From Antedon mediterranea (Eukaryota; Animalia; Echinodermata), in assembly GCF_964355755.1 (NCBI RefSeq), contig NC_092676.1:25624871-25688870 (forward strand): DNA of 64,000 nucleotides, given 5' to 3'. Shown piece after piece: positions 1 through 13,778 of the stretch; position 1 is the stretch's first letter, and each line of letters opens with the position of its first letter. Position numbers and translations under genes: made by a program. Below the pieces are notes generated by a model. It searched no databases and was not told where the DNA came from. It worked only from the letters and a program-made list of their open reading frames with translations.

Positions 1-192
1 GATCAAGAGCGTTTGAATCGTGCAGTCAATTTATGCTTGGTTGCAAGTACATTTAACTAGGTGCAAACGTCAATATTGTAGTGTGAAATGTTACAACAAA
101 TAGCATAGGAAGGTCTCTAGTATATGCATCTGATGCTATCCTACAACAATAGGAACACATAAACAAAAATACAACAATAGGAACACATAAAC

Positions 193-790
193 AACTAGAG
201 GGTACTCCGAGAGTACAAACCTCCGCCTACTGTAAAATTCCCCTACATAAAATTCCCCCTGAATATTTTTTTGTTTACATTTTTTTTTATTAGTTCTAAG
301 TGTAAATATGTTAAAAACTGCACACTACAAAGTTGTGGATGACAGTGTGGTGTAATGGTTATGTATCCAGCCTCTCACAGTTGAGATCGCTGGTTCAAGT
401 CCCACTGAGGATTTTTTTTTTTTTTATTATTTTCTTATTTCTTTTTGTTTTTGTTTTTTGTGGACCTTGATCTTTGACCCTGACCCTTCAAAATTTAACC
501 ACAATTATATGATGTGTCATTGATCATTGTGGCTAAGTTTGGTGACAATCAGATCAAAACTGTGGTCTCTAGGCAGTAAAATAGTTTTTTGTTAGTTGTG
601 ACCTTGACCTATGACCTTTCCCCCTCAAATTCGAACTCGTCCAAGCTTTTTGGGCATAGATCATTGTGTCCAAATTTGGTTAGAATCGGATAAAAACTGT
701 GGCCTCCAGGCTGTTCACAGACACACACACAAACACACACACACACAAACATACAGGGGTGAAAACATAACCTCCTTGGCGGAGGTAAAA
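193..790 (-). mobile_element. Non-autonomous Helentron-associated element (HINE/DINE-1-like) carrying an internal tRNA-like segment
   Basis: Subterminal inverted repeats ACCTCCGCC (219-227) / GGCGGAGGT (778-786). Terminal palindrome TAACCTCC-TTGGC-GGAGGTAA near 768-788, stem-loop GTACTC-CGA-GAGTAC (202-216) at the other end, and (CA)n at ~715-750. This is the DINE-1/HINE architecture. A box TGGTGTAATGG and B box GGTTCAAGTCC at ~348-402. Confidence 0.7.
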
Positions 791-3108
791 ATATACTGTA
801 ATTGAAACACAATAGAATGTAAATGGGGGAATAACCTAGGCTGAATTGCGCAGAAACGTGGACAACACATACCAAAACTTTCTACTCCCCTAAGGGTTTC
901 CTCGTTGTTGAGTGCTGTCACCAAACGGTGCCTGTACGTCTGTCCACAGTGACAGGGGCTTAATTGAGGGACGCAAGAAAGTATCTGCATAGGAGTGTCC
1001 CCTGAATAGTGAATGGGCCTTAGTGGTAAAACATATATTTTCCTCATTCGTTTCACAAGAAAAGTACCCTCTTAATAGGAGTGTCCCCAGAAGAGGGGTG
1101 TCCCAAAGGAAGGTTTACTTGAATACTGGATAAGCCTTTACAGTATGACCCACTACACTATAAAACTTTAGCAACAGACTATTTAACTATTATATTTTAT
1201 AGACTGTAATTTTAATGCCAAACATGGGTGTGGTGACTAAATTATGATCATTAAATTATAAATAGTACAATACATACAGTAGTATGACTGTTGAATTTTA
1301 ACTGGTAGATTTACATACAAAACAAAAGGGTACACAGATGTGACATGCAAAAACTACCTTTATGTTGAAATGGACCCTTCTGATAATATTGACAAGCATG
1401 TTACAAGAGCTGTTATGTATTACTGATATCCCGTTGCTCGGCCAACCGCCCTACCGTGCTAACTGGTTTTGTATTTCTTGTTGGCAACAAAGAACGTACA
1501 GATTACGTGCGTAGATACCAGTAGCTCTTGAGTATTAGAGCGAGGTCGTAGGTTTGAAATACGATGAGAATAATAATTGTAAAGCGGCCGTCATATGTAA
1601 AGCGACATGTATATGCAATAGATATACCACGTTCATGAATAAATCAACGTTTCATTTTCTGGTCTGTCTCCTATCAGCTTTACTGTAAATGTCTATTTCT
1701 TCCATAAACCTAGAACCTTTAACAACTCTTTGTCTCCTTCTTACAATGCTTTTCTGACAGTTTCTCTATCAATACAGTATATGACAATTATCCATGTACA
1801 ATATTCCTTTCCTACAGGTATCTTGTGCATCATTTTTCTTTGAACCAAGTTTTATTCTGTAAATCATATCACTATTATAAAATGCTTTTAGTTTCTATAG
1901 CACCATTAAATCCTACAGCAATTTTTTCCCCAAAAAAATGTTGAATGAAGTTTTTCACATAAAAAAAGGCAAACTTACACTACAGCAATTTCAATTTTTT
2001 TTTCTCATAAATTGTCTCCTTTTATTGTTTTTAGTTGTGATCTAATCAATATTAATTGGTTTGAAGGAGGTTTGCGCAGTTTTTTGGGGTTTTGCACAGT
2101 TTAGCAAAACCCTACACCATGAAAGTGTCAAAATCTATGATTTTCCACTCTTTCTTTTCTTTTTCACTGGACACTCTGGGCTACAGGTAAAATCTGGGTT
2201 TCTCAAATTATTCTTTTTCACAATGTATTCTGAATTGTAAGGAATTCGGGACCAATATGAAAATTCTGATAATTGATCATTTTGAGAGAGTTGATGGTTT
2301 ATTACAGTAATATCGTCGACATTTCATAAATGAGATCGAATTTGTTAAGTAGGTCAAAGGAGCCAAAATGAAAATTGCAAACAGCAACATTTCAATGATG
2401 TCACTGCATAATTTTCAGGTACACTCACATGACCATACTCTGTAATTATAATCTGAAAGCAGATTTGTAATCTATTTATCTGGACTTCTTAGATAACGAT
2501 GATATTGCACTTTTAAATCCAATTTTAATTTCCTCTCCTTGTCAAACTAATTCAATTATAATTCATATTTATTAATCCTGTATTACATTATTATTTATTA
2601 ATTTTACAAGAAGATAACAAGTCATTCATTTTAATATTCAACTTATTTCAATATTCACATTATTAAAGAATCTGCAGTGACACTTCTGTATATATTACAA
2701 ATTTAATGTTGCGATGTGTTTTTCTGAATGATCGTACGATCAAAATAGCGATCAACTAACGTTTATGTTCCCAACTAATCATCCATTCATAAAAGTACTG
2801 ATGAAGAAGTCAATCTGTGGCGACTATAGGATGGACCCCAGACCTGACTTTCTTCGACTTTTTTTTAAATAATAGAAAGTTTAGAATAGTTTGTTAGGAT
2901 AGGAATGTACAATGTATAATGTTTATCAAAACTTTGTATATAAATTATGATGGGAAAACAGTTATTTGATTACTAGATATGTTCATTTAATTAATAAAAT
3001 AATTAATTTGATGAACCAAAAGTAAATAGGGATCACACTGACTTGACTGATCAATAAGGGGAGAAGGGGGGGGGGGAAGGGAAAGTTTCTTCCAAAAAAT
3101 GGTTACTA

Positions 3109-3761
3109 GACCCCATTTACACTTACGATTTAGGCCGGCCCTGGGTCGGCCCTGGGTCGGCAATTGATAAGTGTAAATACTCCAAAAAGTTAGGCCGGCC
3201 CTGGGCCGGACGCAGATCTGGGCCACCTCTCCAGGTAGGTTCAGGAGCGGCTTTTACGTTTGGGCCGGCTTGCGCAGTGAACCGTGAACAACGTTTGACC
3301 TTTTTATGAGGTTGTTGTTATGACGATCCGACATTCTCAGTACATACCGTACCTTCCTCCTTTTCGGGCGACAATTTGTTTTCTTCATTATATAGTTAAA
3401 TTTATTTTCAGACATCTTCTTTCAATAAAGTATTCCTCCGCTTGTTTCGCATATACATAAAATATAGCCATAATATATATAAAACAGTGGGGTTCATTTT
3501 GTTTTTAATGGGACAAAAAACAACAATACAGTATAAATATAAAACGGTCGGTTCGCGCGGAGAGTTGAATTGACGATCGAGAGAGAAAAATGTAAACAAA
3601 CTGTACTTCGTATCCCAGCATGCAATGGTACTTCCGATAAAATTATTTACGACCAGTAATCTGCGTCGCTAGTGTAAACGCTCTGGGGCCGGCCTAAAAG
3701 GTAAATATTTGCAACCGGCCCAGGACCGGCCCTGGACCCAAACGTAAGTGTAAATGGGGTC
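3109..3761. mobile_element. MITE, PIF/Harbinger-like
   Basis: 20-bp perfect TIR AGACCCCATTTACACTTACG (3108-3127) / CGTAAGTGTAAATGGGGTCT (3743-3762). Internal GGCCGGCCC(T/A)GG repeats; no transposase ORF. Confidence 0.8.
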
Positions 3762-3845
3762 TATTACATAGCCTGAAGAGAAAAGTATGTTACAAACATC
3801 AAGCATAAAATAATATGAAAAAATCTGATCTGAAATTAAACTCAC

Positions 3846-4006
3846 TTGAGTCCAGTTTTTAGGCTGTCTAGGATAAGCTGTGTTCGCTGAGGCCTGGGTA
3901 TTCTGGGCATGATTTTGTGAATGTTCCGGCCCAGCTGGTTCATTCTCATCGGCTTCTTGTGTTTGAGCCGTCGCTGCACCGGAGGGCTAGCAAAGCTACC
4001 GATGTT
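3846..4006 (-). CDS. RIPOR: RIPOR/FAM65 (Rho family-interacting cell polarization regulator), common internal exon; gene continues beyond the left edge
   Basis: Acceptor ttttctgtctgtag, donor gtgagt. Only phase 0 is open: NIGSFASPPVQRRLKHKKPMRMNQLGRNIHKIMPRIPRPQRTQLILDSLKTGL, resembling RIPOR2 PKEPQPKRVEEVYRALKNGL. Ends in phase 2; no downstream exon found in 1-3845. Confidence 0.8.
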
Positions 4007-5673
4007 CTACAGACAGAAAAACAAAACTCTAATTAAATTGATATATCAGTTTTTTTTAAATAGAAGCAGTAAAATTAAGACATTTCATTAAAAAAAAAAT
4101 GATGAAATCAATGTTGTTTATTAGTAGACTTGCCAAACTAAATTAAGAAACTTGGATGAGAATGAAATGTTCAAATAAGGAAAAACAAACTTCATAAAAA
4201 CAGTGTTCTGTTACTAAATAAGCACAGTATTTATTTTTCTAGACAATATACACAGTGCGGTACTACAGTAGTCGCCCACCCACTGTGTAGTCCGTTTTTT
4301 TTTAACATTACAAAAGAGACATTGTTTTGGCAGAAGAAAGTGTCCATAAAAAAATATAAAACGACTCTTTTAAAATAAGATTAATGATTATGGTATGTAG
4401 TAATAGCATCAATAAATGCGTCATTTCACAGACAACAACAACATTAATTACCTTTCACTTTCAGGCATATACAGTAAATAAACTATATTACTTTGGTAGT
4501 ACCGTCATACAGTAGTACAATTATAATGTTCCTAGTAAAAACGTAATTCACTTTTAATTAATGATTTTGTGACAAAGTTATTAACTGCCTATCCAAATAG
4601 ATTGTGACCTTTTCCTTTCACACTGATGATGCTATACAGCAACGACCAACATTATCATGTGATGTAGTTTATAAGTGAAAGCAAGACGGTATGATAACAT
4701 TATATCTATCAGCACAACAGATACCATTAATAGCGCAGTTTGAACTTTCATTTTCATGCATGTATACATAGAGATTTATTTAGTAGTAGGCTGGCGTCCG
4801 TATCAAGCCTTTAGCTTTGTTTACAGAGAGGTGCTTTTCCCAAAAAAGGAGGAAAGAGAGAGAGTGTTAAGCAAGCACTATGACCTTGGGGACCAACGAG
4901 AGGGGGGTGGGGAGAGGCTACGAAAGAAAATATTTTTTTGGTCTACAGTAAATGAAGGAGTGGGTCAAATATTTTTATGAGCCATGCTTTTACTGTTGGT
5001 CTCAAGTTTGAATAATGCACTGCCTCTGGGTGTCTGTATAGAACACCCAATTTGATGATTAACTACAGTATAGAATTATATATTTATGTTTATCCTTGTT
5101 AATGTTATTTTGCCACCAGCACTATCAGGAGAGTCTTTTATAGCGATATTTTTTGCTTTTTGACAATCCGCCAGGATAGTGTTCTGCGCTTTTTCTCTGC
5201 TTGTTGTTGTTCTATGTTATTTAAATGCTTTTTGTATTTTTTTGTTTTGTTTTATTTTTTCTGGATAATAAATGAATATGAATATATGAATATATTCAAT
5301 AGTCCAAATACATTGATTGATCGAAATATGTTTAAACATAGTTACTGTATCATTAAATTGTGTGCACAGTGTGGTTTATTAAAACACAACAACTATTGTC
5401 CTAAAAACTGGAGAAAATTCATTGTACAGTACAGTATAATTTATATAATAATTACATTTTTCTTGCTTAATGTAAACACAAACTGTATTACATGTAATTA
5501 AAATAAATCTAACTTTATTTACCTTGCCCCAAATAGTGGGCATAAAACGGTTTAAAATCAAGTCTTTCAGACAGCTCTATAGTTATAACTTACAGTAAAG
5601 TAAACGTTTTAATAAAAAGTTAACATTCCGTCTAACTTAACATTTAAACAATATCTATGAAAGAGTGATTTAC

Positions 5674-5730
5674 CTGTAGCTTGCGATCAAAGCAACGAAA
5701 AAACAACTCAAAACATCCACAATTATACAT
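5674..5730 (-). CDS. Candidate alternative first coding exon of RIPOR (MYNCGCFELFFRCFDRKLQ)
   Basis: ATG at 5730, 19 open codons, CAG|gtaaat donor in phase 0 matching the 4006 acceptor. Short, so a chance match is possible. Confidence 0.5.
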
Positions 5731-6506
5731 GGATACATTCAACAAAGAACAATTCAGTAAAGAAAAGTAAATAAATCCTTAAAGGCGATTGTCACTTAAT
5801 TAGCACCACTGTGAGGTTAATAAGAAAATGAATTTAAAACAAATGCAAAAGTTAATATAGTCGTCTGTTGGAACAAAATCATTATCAGTCCTCCACAGAC
5901 TTTAACACATGAAAAGTCCATTTATGGATAATAATATCCATTCTATAAATGTCAAATCTATCGATAACGCATGTTGAAATAATTACTAAAAGTTTCATCT
6001 GCAATCTGCAGGTATTCAAAGAACGATCTACAAAGGAAATGTCAAAAGTCTTAGATGCTAAAAACGAAATTTGAACTTTCTTTTTAGCACATGGTTTTAG
6101 AAAAGAAATCTGGCGCCAATTCAAGGTATTAAGATTTACACTGTCAGATAATTAATATACTGTAAGATATGAAATGAACAGAAATATATCATATTAACTT
6201 TGATAATAGAAAGTTGATGCTTATACAGTAGTAACGTTTTTAACGTTGATAATAGGAAGGTAAAGTAAGATAATAGTGTAAGGAAGGTATTAAAGTACTT
6301 ATACTACTTTATTGAAATATGCACTCCTGTACTGTAGGGACTTGTGTCCTGGCCTAGCCAACAGTGTCCGTGGCGGTCCAGAAAGTAAGGAAATAGTTTC
6401 AACTTTTCTTTACATTTTTTTTACTTTCTATGTACGGTAGTCAAATAGTTATCCTGTTTTGAGAGATTTTCTATTTTTTCAGGAGTTTCAGTTTGGGGAG
6501 AGATTA

Positions 6507-7435
6507 ACGCCCGTATTCTTAAACCGGACTTTAGTCGTAGTTCGAGCTAAAACTAAAAAAATGACGTCATTTTAATTCATAAACCGAACTTCAACTAAAT
6601 CACCGACTAAATCAGGCCAACCTCGACTAAATCGAGACGGATTTTGATCGATTTTTTTAGTCCTGGAGGGGGCAGACTAAATGGTCGACTAAATGGTTTT
6701 AAACGATGTTTATAAAAAACGTAACAGTCATTGAGTTGTTATATTGGCCAGATATTGAAGAATGAAATATCTATATTTATATTAGCTTAATTAAATATAC
6801 ATTGGTGTAAATTATAATAATGAAAATCATCTTTATTTACAACTGTATACAAATTACATTATTTTCTTCGCGCAAGTCCGACTTGAGCTACGTCACGCCA
6901 TAGCGACAATGACAGATGCGGCAATTCACCACGCGATGGAATGTTTAGGGGGCCTAGCGCTTTCTTGTCACGCTATGAAGTGCGTGGTTCGTCACGATCA
7001 TACTTTGTTGGGGTCCTAGAAAATATAAAAGTTACCGTACCGCCATGGTTCCTAAATATATTTTGAAGATTTTGTTTGTTGTTAATCAAATATACTTCAC
7101 TGTTAAATTAATACTGATCTTGTTCTAATAATTAACGATTAAAATTATTTTTCATGTATATAGTCCCGATGTGTAAAAAGTGTTGTAAGAAAATGGAAAG
7201 TGATATCAATGCGCAAAATTTCGTCTGCTCCTCAAATACTCTCTTGTCATTGGCCAATGTATAGCCTTTGTTACCCAGACGTGTGCAACTCGACTAAAAG
7301 CTCGACTTCATTAAGTCGAACTGCAAACTTCGACTAATTCGTTTTTGAATCGAATTTGAAGTAATAGCTCGAACTACGACTTTTTCAAGTCGAACTTCGA
7401 ACTACGACTAAAGTCCGGTTTAAGAATACGGGCGT
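6507..7435. mobile_element. Non-autonomous DNA transposon, PIF/Harbinger-like
   Basis: 39-bp perfect TIR ACGCCCGTATTCTTAAACCGGACTTTAGTCGTAGTTCGA (6507-6545 / 7397-7435), subterminal CGACTAA repeats, TAA/TAG-like flanks. Confidence 0.85.
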
Positions 7436-8456
7436 AGGTCAGTACATTAAAACATTTGTTCACACATCTTTTTGCAGATATAAAGTTTTAAAATATTTTC
7501 AAAATTCTAAAATTAAGTTCCTATCAGTTCCTGTTAAACTAAGATAATGTTAAATTCTACTTTTACTTCTTTATAAAATAAAAGAAAAAAATGTTAAATT
7601 CTCAATGAGTGACAGGAAAAGATTTTCTTTCATTACTGAAAATTAGTCCGAGAAAAAAATGTATCCGAGAAAAAAAAAATATCTTCAGAAATGATAAATT
7701 TAATCAGGAAGATCCAGGTCTCAAAAACATCCCGAGGCACGCTCTAATAATATTTTCTGTTTTAAAACGTTAATATATTAAGAAAGTTACTTTTCATATC
7801 TAATAAAATACAATAATTAAACTTTAAAAATATTACAAAGTTATGATTTCTTATTTTTCATTTATCTGTTTTTGTATCTCAGAGCAAACATAATTTCTGT
7901 GTATTTTTATACAGTACGCAAATGACAATATATTGAAGACATTTTCCACTGATGAATATATTTATGGTTTTCACAGGAGGTTGAGCTTAACTTGCCAAAA
8001 GTTATAATCTTTTTAGTAGTAGCCGGCATTATAATATTTTAAACTATGTATACAGTAGGTATGACACGCCATGTGTGCCAAAATGTTTTTCTTCTTTAGA
8101 ACCTACTATAGACTACAGTACTATAGGTATAATATTAAGGAAGGATATGGATGATCATTGTATGTACTGTACAACTTTCATTCTTTAAACTACTGTATCG
8201 ATGACTATTTTTCTCGCCTAATAACACACTTACACTTTGTGTGTTATCTGCTTCCAACCAGGGCGAAAATGATCCAGGATATAATAAGGGGTACTAACCT
8301 CAAGTTGATTATATCCAGGGACCTCTTCTAAACTCAAGTCCACTTATAATTATAATTTAAGAATCAGGTTAATTCTAATATTTACAGTATTTGTGTAAAA
8401 CCTTTAAAAATTACTACTGTAGCTTGCTTAAAATTAAATAATTCAGCACGAGTAGT

Positions 8457-8775
8457 GTAAAAATACTGTACATGCTACTGTACAAACAATCTACAGTAAT
8501 ACTGTAAAAATACTGTACATGCTACTGTACAAAAAAATTACAGTAATACTGTAAAAAATACTGTATATGCTACTGTACAAATAATCTACAGTAATACTGT
8601 AAAAATACTGTACATGCTACTGTACAAACAATCTACAGTAATACTGTAAAAATACTGTACATGCTACTGTACAAACAATCTACAGTAATACTGTAAAATA
8701 TTGTACATGCTACTGTACAAACAATCTACAGTAATACTGTAAAAATACTGTACATGCTACTGTACAAACAATATA
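8457..8775. repeat. ~47-bp minisatellite, 6-7 copies
   Basis: Unit TGTAAAAATACTGTACATGCTACTGTACAAACAATCTACAGTAATAC in tandem. Confidence 0.95.
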
Positions 8776-9395
8776 TACTGTACTGAAATGATTCCACAAT
8801 ACAACTTGCCACTATGAATACTGTATCACACGCCACCAAGCCTGCCTTATTTATGGAGTCACGTCTGTTTCGAAAACTAACATTTATACCGTAAATTGTT
8901 CTGCAGTTACAAAAGGATCCACAGAAGTCTTGCCACAACTAACAGCGAGCTTGCCTTATCTATAGCAAGCCAGTCAACAGAGTATTAGCTAAGGACGACT
9001 GTTGTAAGTGGTGCCACCAACGCAAATTAAGGTATCCTGACGGTTCATAATGCAAAGTTTTTTTTAGTGTCTACAGCGTACTCAGTAAGGAAATATAATC
9101 TGTCAATACATTATTGTTGGTCAAGGTTTTAACCATTAAAACCACTTTTGTATGTAGTACGCCACATATCTTTCAATAGAGTTTCTTCCGTCGTTTAATA
9201 ACTATTGTAATTTACACAAAATTAAATTAATAATTTTTTGTATTCTTTCCATTCAACCATAGTATTGAAAGTTCTTTAAAGGAGAAAGTAGTTGGTTAAT
9301 TCAAGAACAGGTTAATTCTAATTTTCAGTTATTTTGTAGAGTATACAAACTTTTAAAACATGTACAGTAACTATACTCAAAATTACTGTACTCAA

Positions 9396-9537
9396 GGGAA
9401 CTCCAGGAAGGGAACTCCAGGGAGGGAACTCCAGGAAGGGAACTCCAGGAAGGGAACTCCAGGAAGGGAAATCCAGGAAGGGAAATCCAGGAAGGGAACT
9501 CCAGGAAGGGAACTCCAGGAAGGGAACTCCAGGAAGG
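9396..9537. repeat. 14-bp purine-rich minisatellite, ~10 copies
   Basis: (GGGAACTCCAGGAA)n; explains the spurious ORFs 9325-9594 and 9360-9614. Confidence 0.95.
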
Positions 9538-10513
9538 AAAGGGTGAATTCCTGTGATGGGATGCCTGAATTACTGGAAAGGGAAATGAATACAACTGGGA
9601 GGGGGAAAGGGTAAACTTCTCAGAGGGGATATTTGATACTATAGAATGTTTAGAATATTTAGAAAACTCGGATCTCAGATATATCTGAGATTTCTAGACA
9701 CCCAATGTTGGGATAACAATTTTGAAGTACAGTAGGTCATACTCCCAAGCAATTAAAAAAAACACATTCACATTGTTACTATAGTATAGCTTTAGGGTAC
9801 GGACATGCCTCCTCATTAAATTTTAAAGTTGTACTGTAAAAGTTCACTCAACCTTTATACAGACAAAGATACAATTTCATAATAAAAACAGCTATACCAA
9901 TAAAATAAAATAAAATTAAGAATGATGCTTTCTTATTAACACAATTATGTAAAAAATAAATATTAAAATTCAAATTTAAGGGTATTATATTTGCCAAATA
10001 ATTAAAGCTGACCATGTTATTTTGATTACCACAAGCCTTTGTTTTATCTTTCAGTTTCATCAGCATTTGAACACCCATTAAACACACAATCGCAGTAGGT
10101 CAACGACCATCAAGTTATTGACCCAAGTTTCATCTGGTATTGAATTTCAAGATTTCTAGTATGATGATGTTTTCGGCACTTTTTTTAGATGAAAGTGTTA
10201 AAACATATTTTTGATATTAGTCATATTTTATGGTCATTGAAATCTTAAAATATATTATTAGGGTCAAGACGATTATTCTATGTGACTGGTTAAGTTAAAA
10301 AGCTATTATAAAGTTTGAAAGATATTATTTCGGAGTATAGGCATTGTAATTACAGTCTGGGTCACTGACTTTACTGTATAGTACCTCTGAATTATGAATT
10401 TGATAGATATAGTCGTATTACGAGTCTCAATTTTTTTCCTTTTTTCCGTGTCATACGCATGTAATAGTGAGAAACTTGCCTAATTCCAGGATTGATGGAT
10501 ATCCTATAACTAA

Positions 10514-10643
10514 AGCTCTGTCTACACTATCAAACTAGTTTGAGAAAAAAAGTGTGAAGTGCCCAAATAAGGAAGTGATATACTCAAATATGGTAGTGAT
10601 ATCACATCATCATGTCCATATATGGGCACATAAAGACAGAGCT
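10514..10643. mobile_element. AGCTCTGTCTACAC-family MITE (internally deleted copy)
   Basis: Left TIR AGCTCTGTCTACACTATCAAACT, right end AGACAGAGCT, TAA/TTA flanks. Confidence 0.85.
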
Positions 10644-10689
10644 TTAGTCTCATTTGAGGTTAGGAAGTGGAGCAGAAAACGTTAATTTA

Positions 10690-10770
10690 AAACCCTGACA
10701 CACTAAGTCAGGATTGAACCCAGGACCTTGGGATTGGAAGGCAAGCAAGTTAACCATCCTGCTCCAACCA
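10690..10770 (-). mobile_element. tRNA-Gly(TCC)-derived SINE head fragment (second copy on + at ~22945-23015)
   Basis: GGTTAAC..GCTTGCCTTCCAATCCCAAGGTC..GGGTTCAATCCT in both copies. B box present, cloverleaf degenerate. Confidence 0.6.
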
Positions 10771-11776
10771 TTTTTATACCGATTAATATTTATTATCCGT
10801 TCCTTTCTGTACAATATTTTGACCAAATATAGAATATAAATTGTCTTACAAAAATATGATTTTCAAATCAATGCTAAGAAAAGAAAAATAGTTTCAGTTT
10901 TACAAACAAAACAAACATATCTGGAAGTGCGTATTGATTGCTTCCACCAGTTATGATCTATTGTTAATATCTGACAAAGTTTATTATTCAAATAATACAA
11001 TACATAACTACACAATGATAAGGAAATGAAATAAAATAAACATGTTGGACATGTAATATCCGTCAATTAGTTGTATTACATCACGTTCACAGATTTGAAG
11101 AAGAAATGTGAAGTAGTCTACAGTGTTTTAAACAGCCTGTTGATGGGTAATTACAAAAATGGTTAAACTCTACTTTGAGACTCTGACTGCACTACAAATA
11201 CACTACAACAGGAAGATGCGGGTCCAATCAAAACCAAACAGCTTGTTTCTATTGAACAGAATATGGAATAGTATATTTGAAGAATTCCTATTTCCTTGCC
11301 AGCAGAAATATCACAAAAAAGAACTGATCTTAAAAACTGTTTTTAACCCTAAATCAGGTTCCATGGAGAAATTTCGCAACGCAGTAATAGTCTCAATTTG
11401 ATCTATCTACAGTACAGTAACTGACTATTCTCTGTGGATACAGTAATATTATGACGTCAATGCAAAGGTTATTTCTGTGGCCACAACCAACATTAACATT
11501 ACACTTATGAAATATTAAAACTTTGATTACGCTGAAACTATGAAAATATATTAATTTTGTCAAATAATCATATTCAGTAACATTAATTACTGTTGTACAA
11601 TAGACCTACAGTATCACAGCTTTTGTAGACCCATCTGGAAATAATAGGGTATATGTAAAATAACAATAATAGTGTGATTTTGTGTGAAATAAAAACAATA
11701 GCTAATTGTTTAAAAACTGGTCTTTGGTCTGTGTACAGCACATGATCTTACAATACAATTTCCATCACCCACCAAA

Positions 11777-11889
11777 TATACCATATGTGTGCATATATAC
11801 CATATGTGTGCATATATACCATATGTGTGCATATATACCATATGTGTGCATATATACCATATGTGTGCATATATACCATATGTGTGCAT
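11777..11889. repeat. 19-bp minisatellite, ~6 copies
   Basis: (ATATACCATATGTGTGCAT)n. Confidence 0.95.
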
Positions 11890-13778
11890 TGAAAATAAAA
11901 ACCTAGCTGAACTACCTAAGTAATACAGTACATTTTATTTTCCATTTGAATTGAAAGATGGTAAAATTGACATTTGAAAGGAGACTGATACTGTACCTAT
12001 AAATTATACAGTATGTTGGTCATGTAGCCTAATTAAGAAAATAGCTTGAAATAAGCATCACTACTTATATTTACATTTTATATTAATATCTCATACTTTG
12101 TGTAAATATATTAATTTACAGATATTCATGATAATGAACAATTAAACCAATAGATTTAATCTTGTTCAACAATAATATCACAGGTTTATTTGGTTAGAAA
12201 TTCCAACATGGTTACGGTATACCAGATCATAGAGATATTATAGTTCACAATAAAGTCAATGCTTCTAAAAGGGCAAAGGGCACTCTCAGTCTGAATTGTC
12301 TGGTTATATTCAGAAAGTCACAATTTTCAAGATGTATTATAAACATTAAAATAATAAAAAAGCATTTACAACGCCTAATCAATGATTGCTCATAGGCGCA
12401 GTACATATGTATAAAACCATTTTAAGAATTAAAACAACTTTAGACAGCAAGTAAAGATACCATAAAGGTCTACGACAATTAATTGGAAGTATGGAAACTG
12501 ATTCTTTGTAAGGATTTACATGGGTCATAGTCATCCTAAATCTATTGTGATTTTTGTATAATACAGACTATATGTAGATTAAAAAAAAAAAAACATCATA
12601 AAAACAAATGCGAAAATGTTTCAGTCTCAAGTTCTCAGAGAGATGGATTTCGAGACAGTTGACTGTACTATGGATAAAATAGTTCATAGACATGACGACA
12701 ACAAATGTTTTTGGTTGCCAAACACCTGAGAAAAGATGCAAATATTGACTACATGCTTCGGGCAAACACTTACCACACATCAAACAGAATAATCTGAGTA
12801 ATATCCAGTTTGTTAATTCCTATAATTCCGAATGAGGCAAGTAACAACTTAATATTGCACTATTATAGCTACTAACACCCTAACAATACAGTCTTCCTAG
12901 CATGTGATTACCTGGTTGACTATTATTGCTATATCCCTCCCGATTGTTCCGCATCATTGCACAATATCAATATATTCTTACTGGCTATTATTGTCCCTAA
13001 TGAAGTCTTTGTACTAATATATAGACCACCATTCATACATTAACTTAGTACTAGTAGTGCGTTCAATAGATTTTCCATTCACTTGAACATATCACATGTG
13101 CTGGTTCCTAATTCTATTATTTATGGAAATATCCTATAAGATATGTTGTTTTGATAGAGTTCAATGACCTCATTATACTATTTACTATTTTTACCACTTG
13201 TTAAGTTTAAACTGCTATATATTTTTTTTTTTTTTACAAAATACAAGTATAATTTTTCTAAAAATGAATAGTACACCAGATATGTGACATTTCCTTCCAA
13301 AAACAATTGAACCCCATTATACTGTAATTTTTTATCCTAAATTATATAATTATATATTCTAGGTTCTTTTTATTTTTTTAGTAATGTGTTTTGTTGTGGG
13401 TCCCTACGAGACAAGTTTTTAACTTCTAGAAGGGATCCATGATAATAATGACTACCAATTACTGCTTTATCTATGTTCACTTTAATATCTTTTTTCTATT
13501 TTGTATATATTCATTCATTATCTAAATAAATATTATCTGAATCTGAATCTGAATCTAACATGAATGAGTTTTACTGTACTTTTATACAATCACATATCAT
13601 TAAAATAATCAGGCTCAGAATTCAAGATTTTCCTGCAAAATATCACTCCTAATTAACATTTTCCTGTGAGCTGCATGTACAGTAACCATGAATTAATTAA
13701 ATGTAGTCTTAATAGAATCTAATTAAAAGATGGTTAACATAAAAAAAACTCAAGAAGTAATTATACAGGAAGCCTTTA

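Noticed and set aside
1-140. Next RIPOR exon after 3846
   Set aside because: The acceptor-like site at ~141 gives a frame that hits a stop and shows no RIPOR similarity.
340-410. Functional tRNA genes here and at 10690, 22945, 32900, 56070 and 60320
   Set aside because: A/B boxes are present but cloverleaves are broken or embedded in repeats; these are SINE-type heads.
2798-2858. Hammerhead at CTGATGAAGAAGTCA...TGACTTTCTTC
   Set aside because: A stem exists but no GAAA or cleavage triplet follows. CTGATGATGCTATACAGCAACG at ~4623 fails in the same way.
8457-11889. CRISPR-like arrays at the tandem repeats
   Set aside because: Units are directly adjacent with no unique spacers, no cas genes, and the context is eukaryotic.
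12912-12957. Additional RIPOR first exons at 12912-12957, ~4452-4468 and ~19743
   Set aside because: Donors are in phase 1 or 2, incompatible with the constant exon. MPTIWGK (5523-5543) is phase 0 but too short to distinguish from chance.
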